DNA of 64,000 bases from Raillietiella orientalis (taxonomy: Eukaryota). Shown one piece after another: positions 12,738 through 25,085 of the stretch. Under the pieces are notes generated by a model that was given only the letters and a program-made list of their open reading frames with translations, was not told where the DNA came from and made no database searches. How positions within the stretch are numbered: the stretch's first letter is position 1; every line of letters starts with the position of its first letter. The translations under genes were made by a program, and so were the position numbers. The DNA lies in NCBI GenBank assembly GCA_036172245.1, contig JAYWIR010000006.1:5642001-5706000 (forward strand). Reading direction: 5' to 3'.

Positions 12738-14326
12738 CCTCCCGGTGATAGCCAGGCGCCGGCGGACGCGAGCGGAGGACCGCCGGCCCGCTCCCTCCCC
12801 TGCCCCCCAGGCGTCCGCCCACGTGCCGAGGAGACTCAGGGGAGGAGGAGAGAAGAGGAGAGAGAGGAAAAAAAAAACAACAAAAACAAGAAAAAAAAAA
12901 AAAAACAGCAACGGCAGCAGAAGGGAAGAGACGGGAGGGAAGGGTAGGGTGGGGTGGATAAGAGTGGGTGGGATCTGGGAACGGGGGTCTCCTGAGATTC
13001 CCGACCGGCGAAGGGCCCTTCGCCGACTCCACCTCCCTCCTTCCTCCTGCCCGGCGACCGGAAGACGTCCGGGACGGCGTCTTCGCCGGAACGCTCTGGT
13101 TGGCTCCCGGCACGATCGATGCCGCTCGAGGCCGTTGCGCGCGGCCAATCTGCTGCTTCCCTGAAGCGCCCTTCCCGAACGCGAATCCCGGACGGGCGGC
13201 CTTCCTCCGCCGTCTGGCATTGGTTCCCGCGAGAGTCTCATCTCCTCCTCGGCCGGGCCAGACACCCTCGCCGCCGGTGGCGCTGTCTCCAGGGAGGACG
13301 TCCCGACAGAAGTGGCGGGCGGAAGATCTTCCGGAGGGAAACAGGGAGGAAGGCAAAATCTCCGCCTGCAAACGTCTTCCGTCAGAGGATGCTGGATGTG
13401 GAGCCCGCGGTGATTACTTCAGGAGGCATAGCGCAGAACGGGCCGCATCCGCTGTGTCGTGGCAAAGAAAAGGAGCGGGAGGGGGAATTCCGCGCGTCTA
13501 CCACGGAGATCCCCGAGAGGCAGGGCGGATGAAGAGAAATCTAATTTCCTGGGCCACGGGCTATAAGGGGAGACGCCGAACGCGCGCGACAGCATCGGAG
13601 AACGTCCCGCCCTCCCAGAGCGCTGGCTGCGGCGGGCTAGTCCTGCTGACCGTCCGCCGCCGGTTCGCGGCGTTCTGCCTCCCTCCCTCCGCACGCTGTT
13701 CGGCGTGACGCGCGCCACAGCGAGGCACCGCCTCCGTAGCACCGCGAGACGCGCAGAGCGAGGAAAGAATGACCGCCCGAGAGGAACCGCGGTAGCGAAG
13801 GAGCATGGGAGAGCCGGGAGCCAAAGGTGGCTTCCCGCAATCATCCCTTCCTTCAACTCTTCCCGTCGTTTCAGCCCCCCTTCCCTCTTCCCCGCTCTCC
13901 TCTTCCTTTCCCATCCCTGGGAAAGAGACGCGGAATCCGGCGCACGGAGAGCGCACGCGCAGGCCTTGCCGCGTCTTCGAGAGGGGGGTCGCGAGGAGCA
14001 CCTGGCAACCGCATCTTCGGGTTCATACGCGGGCAGGAGGACTCATCTCGCGCTCTCGGCACGTTCACAGGAAACGAGCGCGCACCCAGAGGATGACAGC
14101 GAATTTCGCTGGCACCTCCTGTCGCCGGCGGCTGAGAGCCGGCGCATCACTCAAGGAGCTGTCTCCCGGAGCTCCTCACGGGAACAAGGGATTCTCCGAT
14201 GACGTTTCGCACGCGGCGGCGCGCGCCTCCCCGGAGTTCGAGGATGGTGGTGGAGAGGGGGCGCTTCGCTGCTGGCCAGGCAGCAGTGCTCCGCGCACAA
14301 CAGAATAGCCTGTCCTTGAGTGCTCC

Positions 14327-14424
14327 TTTCCCCAAATAGCGTCAACAATGGAGAGACCGTTTCCCCAAATAGCGTCAACAATGGAGAGACCGTTTCCCCA
14401 AATAGCGTCAACAATGGAGAGACC
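14327..14424 (+). repeat. Three near-perfect tandem copies of a 33-bp unit
   Basis: TTTCCCCAAATAGCGTCAACAATGGAGAGACC(G) at 14327, 14360 and 14393, with no spacers. Confidence 0.95.
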
Positions 14425-17400
14425 ACGTTTCCTCTGGGATCACGTGGGTTTCTGAGCGCTGGGAGTCTCGAAGTGCTGCCGTCTCGTTTGCTTCCTAGAG
14501 ACGTGGAGCCGCATGCCGCGCTCACTACGGCGTTTCTATGGATGAAAGCGTGGCGCTGCGCTCTCGTCGATCGGACCGTTTCCGGGCGTTTCCTCGGCTG
14601 AAGATCCTGTGGGATTGATGTGTCACAGTCTCGAGGATACCATCACGCGCGATGGGTATAAATGTGCACATACCACGCATCCACCACCCACTCGCACACA
14701 TAAGGTCCTGAAAAATCATAATGCTCTCGTATAATGCGTTTAGTGGTGGGAAGAGAGGGGAAGGGGGGGGGGAGAGGGAGGGAGGAGAAGGGCGAACGTG
14801 GCTCACTAAAGCTGCATGTCTCCAGGTGAACTCGCGAGCTCTCTGAGCCCACAGCCCTCGCGAGTGCACTCTCGCGCTAGCGCGTGTATTCGTCAGCCCC
14901 TGTCCACTGTTCTATCACACTGCTCGCTTTCCCCCTCCCCTTTCCCCCTCTCCTCAGCTGCGTGTTGGTTCGCCTTTTTCCAGGCGCCGCCGTCTTCCAT
15001 TTTACCTCCGACATCTCGACACATTGCAATCCGCGCCGCGTCGCTCCTCCCGCGGAAAATGAGTGACGACATTTTCTTTGTGAGTCACCATTGAATCGAG
15101 AACGGTTCTTCCCTATTTGCTCCTCGCTGCTTTCATCTCGAGAACAAAAAAAAAAAAAGAAAGAAAAGAGAGAGAGAAACTGCGCTGAGCGTTCCGAGTT
15201 GATGAAATTCAGACTCAGTAATAACCAGAATTGACTGATGGTGTTTGCTAGTTAGAACACGCGCTACGGATGTCAGGGATGCTGGGCAGGAGGGAAGAGC
15301 GAGAAGAAGAAAAAAATGAAAGAAAATGCGCTGTCCTGAGGTGCTGAGCTCTCTCGGTCTAAGCCGTCGCGTTTATCTTTTATGACTTTTCGCGCTGACC
15401 AAAGCTCCTTCTTTATCATTCTTCTTCCTCTTTTTTTTTTGCTTTTTTTTTTTCCTGGCTTCCTTCATTTGGCTGGCTGCGAAGAACTTTCTTTGAAAAG
15501 GAGCTAAGGGAGTTTCATCACGCGAACAAAGGAAGAGGGGACTACACGAATCTCGAGAAGCCTCGATCTTCGCGCTGTCCCGCTGGGAAGGGGAAGGGAG
15601 GACGCGTGCCGTGCCGTGCCTTTTCGGGAGAGCACCGTCGGCTCTCTGAGGCCTCTGACCCCACCTGCCATGCCGGGTATCGCCACCCAGGGGCTGCTGA
15701 AAGCTCTCTCGAAGGCGTTGCGGCCCGGGCGAACAAGTATCTCCTCTCCTTTGCCACGCTTCCCGCAGGCGTTCGGCTGGAGCAGTAGCTGCAGCAGCAT
15801 CGTCCGGCGGAGAGACGGCAGTAAGGGCGGACGGATCTCCCAGGAAAGAGGAGGCTCTTTCCTGGGAGCGAGGGCACCGAAGTGGCCGCCAGCTCTGGAC
15901 AACAAGCGCAACCTGCCACCGCCTCGCTCCTCCCCGCGGGATCCCCGGGAAGCGATTTTGAAAGGAGAAAGGGAGCCCTGGGCAGCTGGAGACTCTCCGG
16001 AAAGAAAGGGCCATCCAGGGCTCACGAGGAGTCGTAGGGTTGCGGCTCTTCCATTTCGGCTCTTCCACTCCTGGTGGCCCGGAAGGCCCTCTTCCCCCCT
16101 TTTTGCTTTCTCTATACCTCTTCTTCAGCTGCGGATTGTGGGGGGGGGGGGGACACTGCCACGGCCACGCGCTCGGAATGGCTGCCCGGAGCAACCCGCC
16201 ACACGGACACGGACGGGGGACCGACCAGAGTCCACGGGGAGGCAACCTGCCATCAGAATCGCGTCTTCGTTCCCGCGCTCGTGGGAGGATCGGAATCCGA
16301 GAGGTCAGAAGCGGTTCCGGTCAAGAGAGGGCGCGTCACCTAGCCCGTGCGGTAGCTCCCTGACTCTCCCTCCTCTGGAGTGCTTTCCGGCAAGGAGGAG
16401 ACACGGAGGAAGTTCTTTGGTGCACCAACGGGAAGGCGGAAGCCATCGCGGTCCTCCTCTCCTGACTGCGTGCGTTCCCACACCCCACCCTTTCGCCTCC
16501 GGCCACTGGCTGCCCTAAGCGTGAGGATGCTGAGCCACCCTTTTTCCCTCAAGCGAGGAGGCCTCCGAAGCGACTGTCGCCCCTGAAGGACCTTCAGCGA
16601 CTCCTCGTCGACCAACTCTCCGGCGCACCCTCTAAGGTGGCGGCGGGAGAGGGACAGAGAGTGCCGCCCTTCTGTGCTACAGCTCTCCTCGCCTTTGCCA
16701 GGGTGAAGCGAAGCCAAGACCACCTCTTTACGAAGGAAAGGTGGCGCCGGCAGGGGTTGGTTGCCTCTCCTCCCGGAAGCCTCCGTACCATGGTCGCTGC
16801 CGTTAGACGCACGCTGAATTCGTTTCAGCCCAGTGACGGGTGCACGCACGTTTACATAGAGCATAATTTATATCACCCATCACCGAGCATTCAAGCGTGC
16901 ATTTTCCTGCGCAAGCTCGCACAGATGTTTACGTAGGAAGATGAAAAACCTGCGAGCTCCAGGCGTCCCCCGTATTCAGTTCCTAACGTCGTTAGCGATT
17001 TTGCTTTTGCAAAAACTGACCGAAAGTTTCTGAACCGCGAGCTGAACTTCGGTCACCTCCGAGATGAGAAGGCACCTCCGAAACGTCGACGTAAGGAACT
17101 TTGCCCCCGCGACAGTCGAGGGCGACTCTCCGCGGAGGACGCGAGGAGCGAATCCGAGATTCGATTACGCTCTCTGCGCGATCACAAAGGTTGTTTTTGT
17201 TGTTGTTTTCTCCTTTTTCTCGTTTGGCTTTCTGCTTCCGTTTCCGCGCGCTTCCCATCCACCCCCGTGCGCTTTCGCGGGCTTGTCAAGAGCTCGCGTG
17301 AGCTTCTGTGCCACTCCGCGTAGTTCGCCGAGCCGTTTCCACCCACGATCCGCCCGAGCACGCTTGCGGGAACACTTGCTCCGGTTCTCGAGCGAGGACC

Positions 17401-18989
17401 GGGACACTCCAACAATGCCTTTCCCGCGTCGATCACGCTTTGTTGCCACGGGAGACGCGGGTGCCCCGGCGACGGACGGACGGATGCCTTGCTTCAGGAC
17501 GTACTACGGCGAAGAGGTGTCAGTGGGTTTGCGCGGCCTCGTCTCCGGAGGAATTCTGAACGGTTTCGAGAGACGCGAACCCACAAAGACTGCTGGGAGG
17601 GAGCAAGGAGCGAGTGGAAGTGCACCCGGGAAGCGCAAAAAGAAAGAAAGAAAGAAAGACAAAAAAAAAAAAAAAGAACGAACGAAAGAAAGAGAGGAGG
17701 AGGGCGAGGGGAGAGGGGGGGGGGAACCTAAAAGACTTGCGCATTCCTGAGAATGTTGTTCTCGGGAAACGAGGAGAGCCTCACGCCGAAATCCACATTA
17801 TCATTCCTCGGAGCATCTTTCTCCATAGGATGAAACAGATCTCGTCCTCAGGAATGCAGTGTAAAAACAAGAGAAGAATGAAAAGGAGTTCCTCCAAAGC
17901 TGCGAAAAAAACGATCCTCCACCGAGCAAATACTGAAAATTGAAAGACTGAAATTTCCGCTTTTCCGTCTTTCTTTTCTTTTTCTTTTCCTTCTTATTTT
18001 TTTAAAAAAAAGGAAAAAGGAGGAAAAAAAAAAAAGAAAAAGACGGTTCCGTTCCTTCACCTTTCTCCCCTCCTCCATCCCCACTATGTTCGCGAACTTT
18101 CTTCACACTGCGGGATCGAATTAGCCAGCCCGGCCCAGGGGGGACTCGCAGGATTCGAACCCGCGCGCGGGGACGGGAAAGCCGATCGCCCCCGCGCCCG
18201 TTCCGGGAGAGAACCGATGAAAACGAACGTCCGTCCGTCTCCCCTTATGCGATCCTCGGGACGGAGATACGGCGGGAGCTGCGTGAACGAGCGAGCCGAA
18301 AACGGGACGCGTGGTGGGGGGGGAGAAGGAGGAAGAATTATGAGAGCGGAAGGAGACCGCAAGGAGGACTGTAAAGAGTACTTTTAGGGTAAGGGAATCG
18401 CGATTTCCATTAGAATCCCGTATCAAAATCCCATCCGGGTTTTGTCCTCCCCCCTCCCGCTTCTCTTCCGGCTGGCGGGAGGACTCCAGGAAGAATCGAC
18501 TCGCGCGAGAGGCATCACGTGCCGGGGGGGGGGGGAGGTGGTCGAAATGCCCGAGAGCACTCGAAAATTAACAAACAAGGAAGGAGTGCTCCCCGGCCTG
18601 ATTTTCCCTCCCGACGGGCGCGGACGATTTCTGGCTCTTCCAATGGCACTCGCGCCGACAATAACGGATGATTCACGAGCCGCTGATACGATTCAGTGCG
18701 CTGGTGCCGGGCAGTTTCTTATCGGAGGCTCCTGGAGCATCGATGTCAGCGTGGCTCGCAAAGCAATCTTCTCTGGAAATGGGATGAAAATGACCACCCG
18801 CCTCCGCTCACTCCTCATTCCCTAGCCCTCCTTTCCGATCGAAATGAATGGGAGGAGGGGGGAACTCGAGGGACTCCGACGTGGGATAAATCCCTTGGAT
18901 ACCATCTGGGACCTCCCTGCATCCAAGGGCTGCTCCTTTTCACGCCTTCATCCCGTTCGAGAATCCTCCTGGCAGAGCGCTGCTCCGTT

Positions 18990-19310
18990 TGCTTAGCCAC
19001 GCGCAGCACCAGCCTGCGTCGCGGGTTCGAATCCCGCCTGGGACTGTTCGTCGACCGCCGCCAAGAATGGCAGTCTTCCAGTCCTCCTCCTCCCCCCCCC
19101 CCCTCCACCTCACAGAATAGCGCCGGTCGGCCTCGGTTGGCTCAGGGCGCGGCACCGGAGGAGGCCGGAAACCCCCATTGACCAGCCAGGATTAGGAGCT
19201 GACTCTCCGGGAGTCCTTTCGGAACTGCTCAAGGAGCCAGTTGGTTCCCCCCTCCGGTGATGACAAATGGGGGGCCGATCCATGGAGTTGCTTGGCATCC
19301 CCTTCGGAGA
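18990..19310 (+). mobile_element. Diverged tRNA-derived SINE-like repeat, copy 1
   Basis: B-box GGTTCGAATCCC at 19024-19035, followed by blocks shared with the other copies (cctcggttgg, ttgacc..ggatt..agctga, ccctccgg, ccatggag). Boundaries approximate. Confidence 0.55.
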
Positions 19311-19624
19311 AAGGGGACAAGACTCCGGAGTGCGTTCACGAATCGCGCTGGGCCTTTCGGAGGGAGCACAGCTGCCCTCCGGACTTCCCTCCCCTCTTGG
19401 CCGACGACCAATCGGTGCGGCTTTCCCGTTTGGTTTTGCCCTCGACTTTCGAGAGGGAGGGAACCTCCTCGTTCGTCTTCGGCGCCAGCCGCCTCCCGAG
19501 CGTCATGAGTTCTCTGAAACAAGCACCATTATGAAGATAGAAGAACGTGGGAGTTAGAAACGAATGTGGAAAATAAGGGCTTCTTCCTCCTTTCCTCCAC
19601 CCTCACTTTTCCGGGAATTTTGGT

Positions 19625-19900
19625 ACCAATCGTCACGGGTTCGAATCCCGCCCGGGGAGGGGAAGGGTTGACGCTGAGAACGGGGGAGTGCGTCATGGTT
19701 TTCGAATCCCCCTCCCCCTCGCAGGACGACAAGCTGGATGGCCCCTCGGTTGGATTCAGGTGCGTCACTGGTGGGAAACGGACGATCCTGTGGACCGGCT
19801 GGGATTGAAAGTTGACCCTCGGGGGTCCTTCTAGGAATCGAGGAGCCCGTTCCCTACGGGATGTCCCTCCGGAAGCGAAAATGGACCCTACCATGGAGCT
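19625..19900 (+). mobile_element. Diverged tRNA-derived SINE-like repeat, copy 2
   Basis: GGGTTCGAATCCCGCCCGGG at 19637, a second B-box-like GGTTTTCGAATCCC, then caggacgac...cctcggttgga...ccttctaggaatcgagga; co-linear with copy 3. Boundaries approximate. Confidence 0.6.
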
Positions 19901-19964
19901 GGCTGCTGCTCTCCCTCAGGGACTGCCTCTCCAGAGTGCCAGAAGAGCTGCGGCATTGCTTTGA

Positions 19965-20300
19965 AGGCCCGCTTCGGTGGTCGCGAGCGGAGGTGCCGCC
20001 AAGCGTCGCGGGTTCGAATCCCGCCCGGGAAGGGAAAGGGCCGACGCCTAGAAATGGGAAGGTGTGTCATGGGTTTCGAGTACCCCCAACAGGACGACAC
20101 TCTGGTTGGCCCCTCTGTTGGAATCGGGTGCGGCAGTACCGGTGGAAGACCCTAGACGGTCCCGTTGACCGGTCGGGATCGGAAGCTGATGCTCCAGGGC
20201 CCCTTCCAGGAATCGAGGAACCTTTCGGGGTTCCTCCCTTCGGTTGTAGATGGGGAGCCATCGATCCTTGGATCTGGTCGAAACCATCTCTCCCCCTTCG
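19965..20300 (+). mobile_element. Diverged tRNA-derived SINE-like repeat, copy 3
   Basis: A-box-like GGTGGTCGCGAGCGG, B-box GGTTCGAATCCC at 20011-20022, second GGGTTTCGAGTACCC, then caggacgac...cccttccaggaatcgagga. Boundaries approximate. Confidence 0.6.
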
Positions 20301-21147
20301 CGAGTGGGCCTCTCCGGCTTGGGATGAAGCATGCTACGCTTCCTTCGGAGAGGCGCGCCCCTCCGAGAGATCGCGAAGCGTCCCTTCGAAAGGAGAGCAA
20401 GGAAGATGATCCCCTCAGGTCCTCTCTCGAAAGTCAGGGGGGAGGAACGGACTCCCTCCTCCAAAGCCTTTCCTGGATTCATAGGGTGGTCCTGACCCTC
20501 GGGGCTGAAAAGTTGGTACGCGCTCATTCTCGGGCAGCGTGTAACCAAGCGTCAAAACGCTTCACGATTCCCCCCACCTCGAAGGGGAGGCGAATGGTTC
20601 TTCAGCATTTAGCAAGCCAGAAAAGAAGAAAGGAACGCTGCTGCAGCCCCACGCTGGAGCAGCAAGAGGTCTGGAAGGTTTCTCTTCTGTCTCTCTCGCC
20701 GGGGAGCAGAATCGCGTCCTCCTTCAGCAGCAGGAGCCACCCCAAGAAGGATTTCAGGATTTGCAGTCTCCTAAAATAATAATGACGACCATAAAAATAA
20801 AAATGATGATGATGTTACTTATAATAATAATAACAATAATAGCGAAAGATATGTGAACTGTTCTTTTCAGAGGGTCGACTTGAGCGTCTGCTGTTCGCTC
20901 TTTTCTTTCTTTCTTTTTGTTTTTCTTCATCTCCTTTCTTTCGCCCTTCAGGTGGTTGCAACGGTTCCCCCCCCCCCTGCCCCCACATGGATACATCCAG
21001 CACGTCAAACTAAAACAATCTCAAGGAGTACCAATTTGTTCCCGCCTCTCAAAATAGCGCGCGCTACCCAGAGTAGGCGCACACAAATCAGCTGCGCACC
21101 CGCCGCCGTTCTTCCGCGGGATGGAACCGGCGAAATATTTCGCGATT

Positions 21148-21180
<33 letters not shown>

Positions 21181-21505
21181 CCCCTCGACGAACAGCGGAT
21201 CCCCGCAAATCGCCGCGTCGTCAAGGAAACGCTTTGTTGCCCTCCCCCCCCGATCGCCGCCTCTTGCTGTTCGTTCGCGCGTACACATGCACGTCACCAC
21301 ACGTTTTCCTGCCCAAGTAGCAGGCAGATGATGGTGATGACGACGACGACAATGATGATCATGATGGTCGTCGTCGCGATCGTTTTTTGCATCCTCATGG
21401 ACGCATGCATGCTCAGAATGTTTACTGTCACCGCGTAAACAAGGATGTTGCTGCATTCTTTGCATCTCTGCTCGAAAGTACAGCTTCCAAACGTGACGAA
21501 ACACG

Positions 21506-21508
21506 TTT

Positions 21509-21541
<33 letters not shown>

Positions 21542-21704
21542 TTATAATATATATAAAATATAAAATATATATATAATATATATTATAATATATATAAAAT
21601 AAAAATATATATATAATATATATATACATATATATATATATTATATATATATATAATATATTATAATATATATAAAATATAATATATATATATAATATAT
21701 ATAT

Positions 21705-21772
<68 letters not shown>

Positions 21773-21780
21773 TATATATT
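21506..21780. repeat. Imperfect (TA)n low-complexity island, ~275 bp
   Basis: Almost pure A/T alternating sequence embedded in a GC-rich domain. Confidence 0.95.
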
Positions 21781-24494
21781 CCTCTGCTTTATGGTCTCTC
21801 GACAATCGTAACGACAAGAAAGCTGATTATCCTTCGCTGTCTGTTTTTTAAATTCAGTTGTCATTTACGACTTTGGGGATGGCTGACAGTCGCTTATGCG
21901 ATTTCTGATGCTAAAAATAGTACAGAAAGCAAAAAAAATAAAAAAAAAGGCAAAAAAGGAAGAAGAAGGAAAAAAAAAAAAAAAAAACCTGGAATCTAAT
22001 TTTACAACACGGAGGGCTCGCGTTCGCGAATGCGTGTTTGCCGGCGTCTCTCGGTGCGCATTCGTGCGCTCAGCGAGTAGTTTCGGATGCAGAATGATCA
22101 CAACTGCTCAGCAAACTGGGTGATTCGAATCATCGCTTCTGCCACCATCACAGTCCCGTTCCGCGTGCATTTGCACGCGCGCGCCTGTGTGGCGAGCGCG
22201 TGCATGCGTGTGATCCGCGCAATGCTCCGAGGTGTGGGAAGCAGAGCCGCGAAAGATGGGTGAACCCCGCGTGGCCACGCGGGAGAGCGGAGGCAGCGTC
22301 GTCCGGCGACCGTCTCCCGCGCGGAACGGGGAGCTCCCACCGGGAGCCGGCCGGCCGTCTCCGCGCCCGCGAGAGAGGGAGAGAGAGAGAGAGTCTGTCT
22401 CGAGCGTGCAACGGCTCTTTTTTCCTCCCCCATCCACATCCCTTCACGCGCTCCCCTGCCTTCTCCGGCTCGCTCGGAGGGAAGCGAGGGGAGGGGGCAG
22501 GGGGGGGGGAGCAAGTGAAGCGATCAACCCAATCCGGAGCTCAGGGGCCTCCTTTCCCCTCCCCATCGGCAAGTCCCCGTTACGTCGGACGCTCCCAGGC
22601 TGAGAGGCGGCAGCTCACGTGAGCCCAGGGAAATGTCCTTGCGTTTTCTTTTCTTTTTTTCGCCGTGCTTTTCTTTCTCTCCCTCCTCAGAGATCACAGA
22701 GAGAGCAGGAGAGACACGCGCTGAAAAACCCACAGGATGCCCATCTCCGCCGGCGTCCAGGTGGGAGCAGCGGCGGCCCGAGGGTGATGCAGATGGACAC
22801 CTCTCGAGCTCCCACAGCACGTGCTCTGTCTGGTGGGTAGGTCCGTTCGACGCGCGCGAGCAGCACTTGACCGCGGAGCTCATCTCGGACGCCTGGAAGC
22901 TCTTCCTCCAATGACGTAGGTGTTCTCTTCGGCGTGTGCCTATCGTCCGCTCGCGCACGCAGCACCCCGGGAATGGAGTGCGGGGAGCAGGTCGGCATTC
23001 CGGAGAAATTCGGGTCCCTCGGGAAGCCGGAGAAGGCGGCGGGGGCTCCCGGAATCCGGTGGGAAGGATGGGGGATCGCTTGACCACGGCGTCTCGAACT
23101 CTCTCTGGCGGTTTCCAAACCTCTTCTTACGACGAACGAGCGCCGGACCGCACACGCTCGTGGTAAAACGAGGCAGAGGGAGGCGTCTCCCCACGGGGAA
23201 AGGAGGGAGAAGGACGAGAGCGGCTCGAGGAAACCGCAGCCTTTTCGTCCGCGCTTCCCCTCCCCCCTCCCCTCCTCCCCCCCCCCTTCCCCTCCGAGCC
23301 AGGCTGTGATCCCCTCCTCGCCTCGGAGATGCGCGGGCCCGTGCTCGCGGGAGACGGACGCGGTTGGTTGGGCGCGACAGCGCGCGTGCGCGTTCGGCCA
23401 CGCAGGACAGGCGAGGTCACGGAAAGAGGAAAATGGTAGCCGAGAGATGGCATCCTTTCACGTCACTTTCCGCCTCCCACCATTTAAATAATGCAGCTGG
23501 GTTCGCGCGCTGCCTTCCTCGACGACGGAGGATGGAATTGCAGTCTCTGTGCTTTTTTTTTGTACCGTTCCTCACTCGCTCAAAGAGCCGTAAACAGCAG
23601 GCACGATCGGTGCTATCCGATGCCATGCAAAAAGCCGATAGTAATTTCTCGGGATGCCTACAGCAATTTATTCCACCAATAAAGCGACAGCGTCTGCCGC
23701 GATAGCGCGCGGAATTTATGTTATTGTTGCGAGGGGGAGGCAAAGGTATATAAAAGCCGTGGCTCCGCGATAAAAAGATTCGGGAAACCTCGGCTAATCG
23801 GCCTCGCAGGCTGAGCATTGTTTTTGCCGGGAAGAGGAACGCGCAGATGCCTCCTCGTCGCCCATCACGGCGCAAGTACGCGGCGGCGGCGAGGAGGAGA
23901 GAGAGGAAAAAAAAAAAAAAAAAAACCCGAAAACAGGAGGATTAACGTTTTTCTTCCGTTCGTGGCAAGGAAAGGAAAAGGAAGGGCGGAGGGGGGAAAC
24001 AGAAGAATAAAGAAAACAAAAAGAAAGAAAGGAGCAGAACCATCCTCCGATTCGATCTCTGGTTTTCGTTTTCGTTTCCTTTCCTTTACCCTCCCCCCCT
24101 TCATTCTCTCGCTGGCGCTTGGCGATACTGTTGGACTGCTGGCTATGGACGGAGAGTTTCCGATTCCTTTACAGGGTAAGGAGAATCCCTGAATTTCTGG
24201 GGTCGAAAGCAACGGAGCGCCTGCTCCGAAGAAGACTCTGTGGTGAGGAGAAGGAAAGGGGAAGAGGGGGGAGGGGGGAGAGCTACCGAGCCCACTCCCT
24301 GAAAATCACCGGACATTCGGAGGAAGGCGCGCAGAGCGGGAGCAAAACCGAAAGTGCGAAGGTCCGGAAGGATAGGAAGGAGGCGCTTCGACCACCGGCT
24401 GTGCTTCCGGTCGGGAGATGACCATTCCCTGTTCTCCCGGCCCTCAAAGCGGGCGCAGACACTCTCGCAATCCGTCTTTAGCGAACAAAAGACC

Positions 24495-24770
24495 TCCATC
24501 GGAGGCCATGTGGTTACGGTCTTCGCGTGTGGCACCTAAAGTTGCAGGTTCGAATACTCTGCAAGAATCGACGCGAGGAGTTTGTGTGCGTCGTGGGTTC
24601 GAGTCCCACTAGCAAGATAACGCTGCTCGGCCTACTTCCGGGGGTGGCGCCCAGTAGTGGTTCAAACTTTATGCCCCGACGAGGTCCCAAAGAATGGTAG
24701 TCGACCTCCAGGTCCCTTCCAGGAATCAATGAGTGGGAGTTCCCCTCCGGTTGTGCATAGTGCAGACCCC
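24495..24770 (+). mobile_element. Diverged tRNA-derived SINE-like repeat, copy 4
   Basis: tRNA-like head ggccatgtggttacgg...gcaGGTTCGAAT (24547-24555), second GGGTTCGAGTCCC (24595-24607), then the shared block cccttccaggaatc...cccctccggttgt. Boundaries approximate. Confidence 0.55.
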
Positions 24771-24869
24771 ACTTTGGGGGGGGGGCTCTATGGAGTAGGT
24801 GTGTCGCCACATCTCTAGAGTTCCAGAGAAAGGTGCCGCTTTCTTCGGGGAGCGCCCTTCTGAATTTCA

Positions 24870-25085
24870 GAAGCGTCCTTTCGGGGTTCTCTTCAGAGGA
24901 GTAAACAGGAGCGTTTCCCTTGAGGGTTCCCTTCGGAGAGGAAAACATGGAGCCGACCCCTTCGGGGGTCCCTCCGGAGAGAGTTAAGAAGGAGGATTCT
25001 CTTCCGCGTTTCCTTCGGAGACAACCAGGGTTGGAAGATGCCCTTCGGGGATCCCTCTTCAGGCTTGATAGGCGGTCCCTTCCCG
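24870..25085 (+). repeat. Degenerate ~40-bp minisatellite (5-6 units) rich in CCTTCGG motifs
   Basis: Units read gaagcgtcctttcggggttctcttcagagga / ggagcgtttcccttgagggttcccttcggaga / ggagccgaccccttcgggggtccctccggaga / ggaggattctcttccgcgtttccttcggaga / ggaagatgcccttcggggatccctcttcagg. Confidence 0.6.

Noticed and set aside
14327..14424. 33-bp direct repeats as a CRISPR array
   Set aside because: Head-to-tail with no spacers, no cas genes, eukaryotic context.
21294..21999. Ile/Tyr-rich ORFs
   Set aside because: Translations of the (TA)n tract.
19000..24610. GGTTCGAATCCC motifs as functional tRNA genes
   Set aside because: I could not fold complete cloverleafs, and the copies share downstream bodies, which fits SINE-like repeats better.
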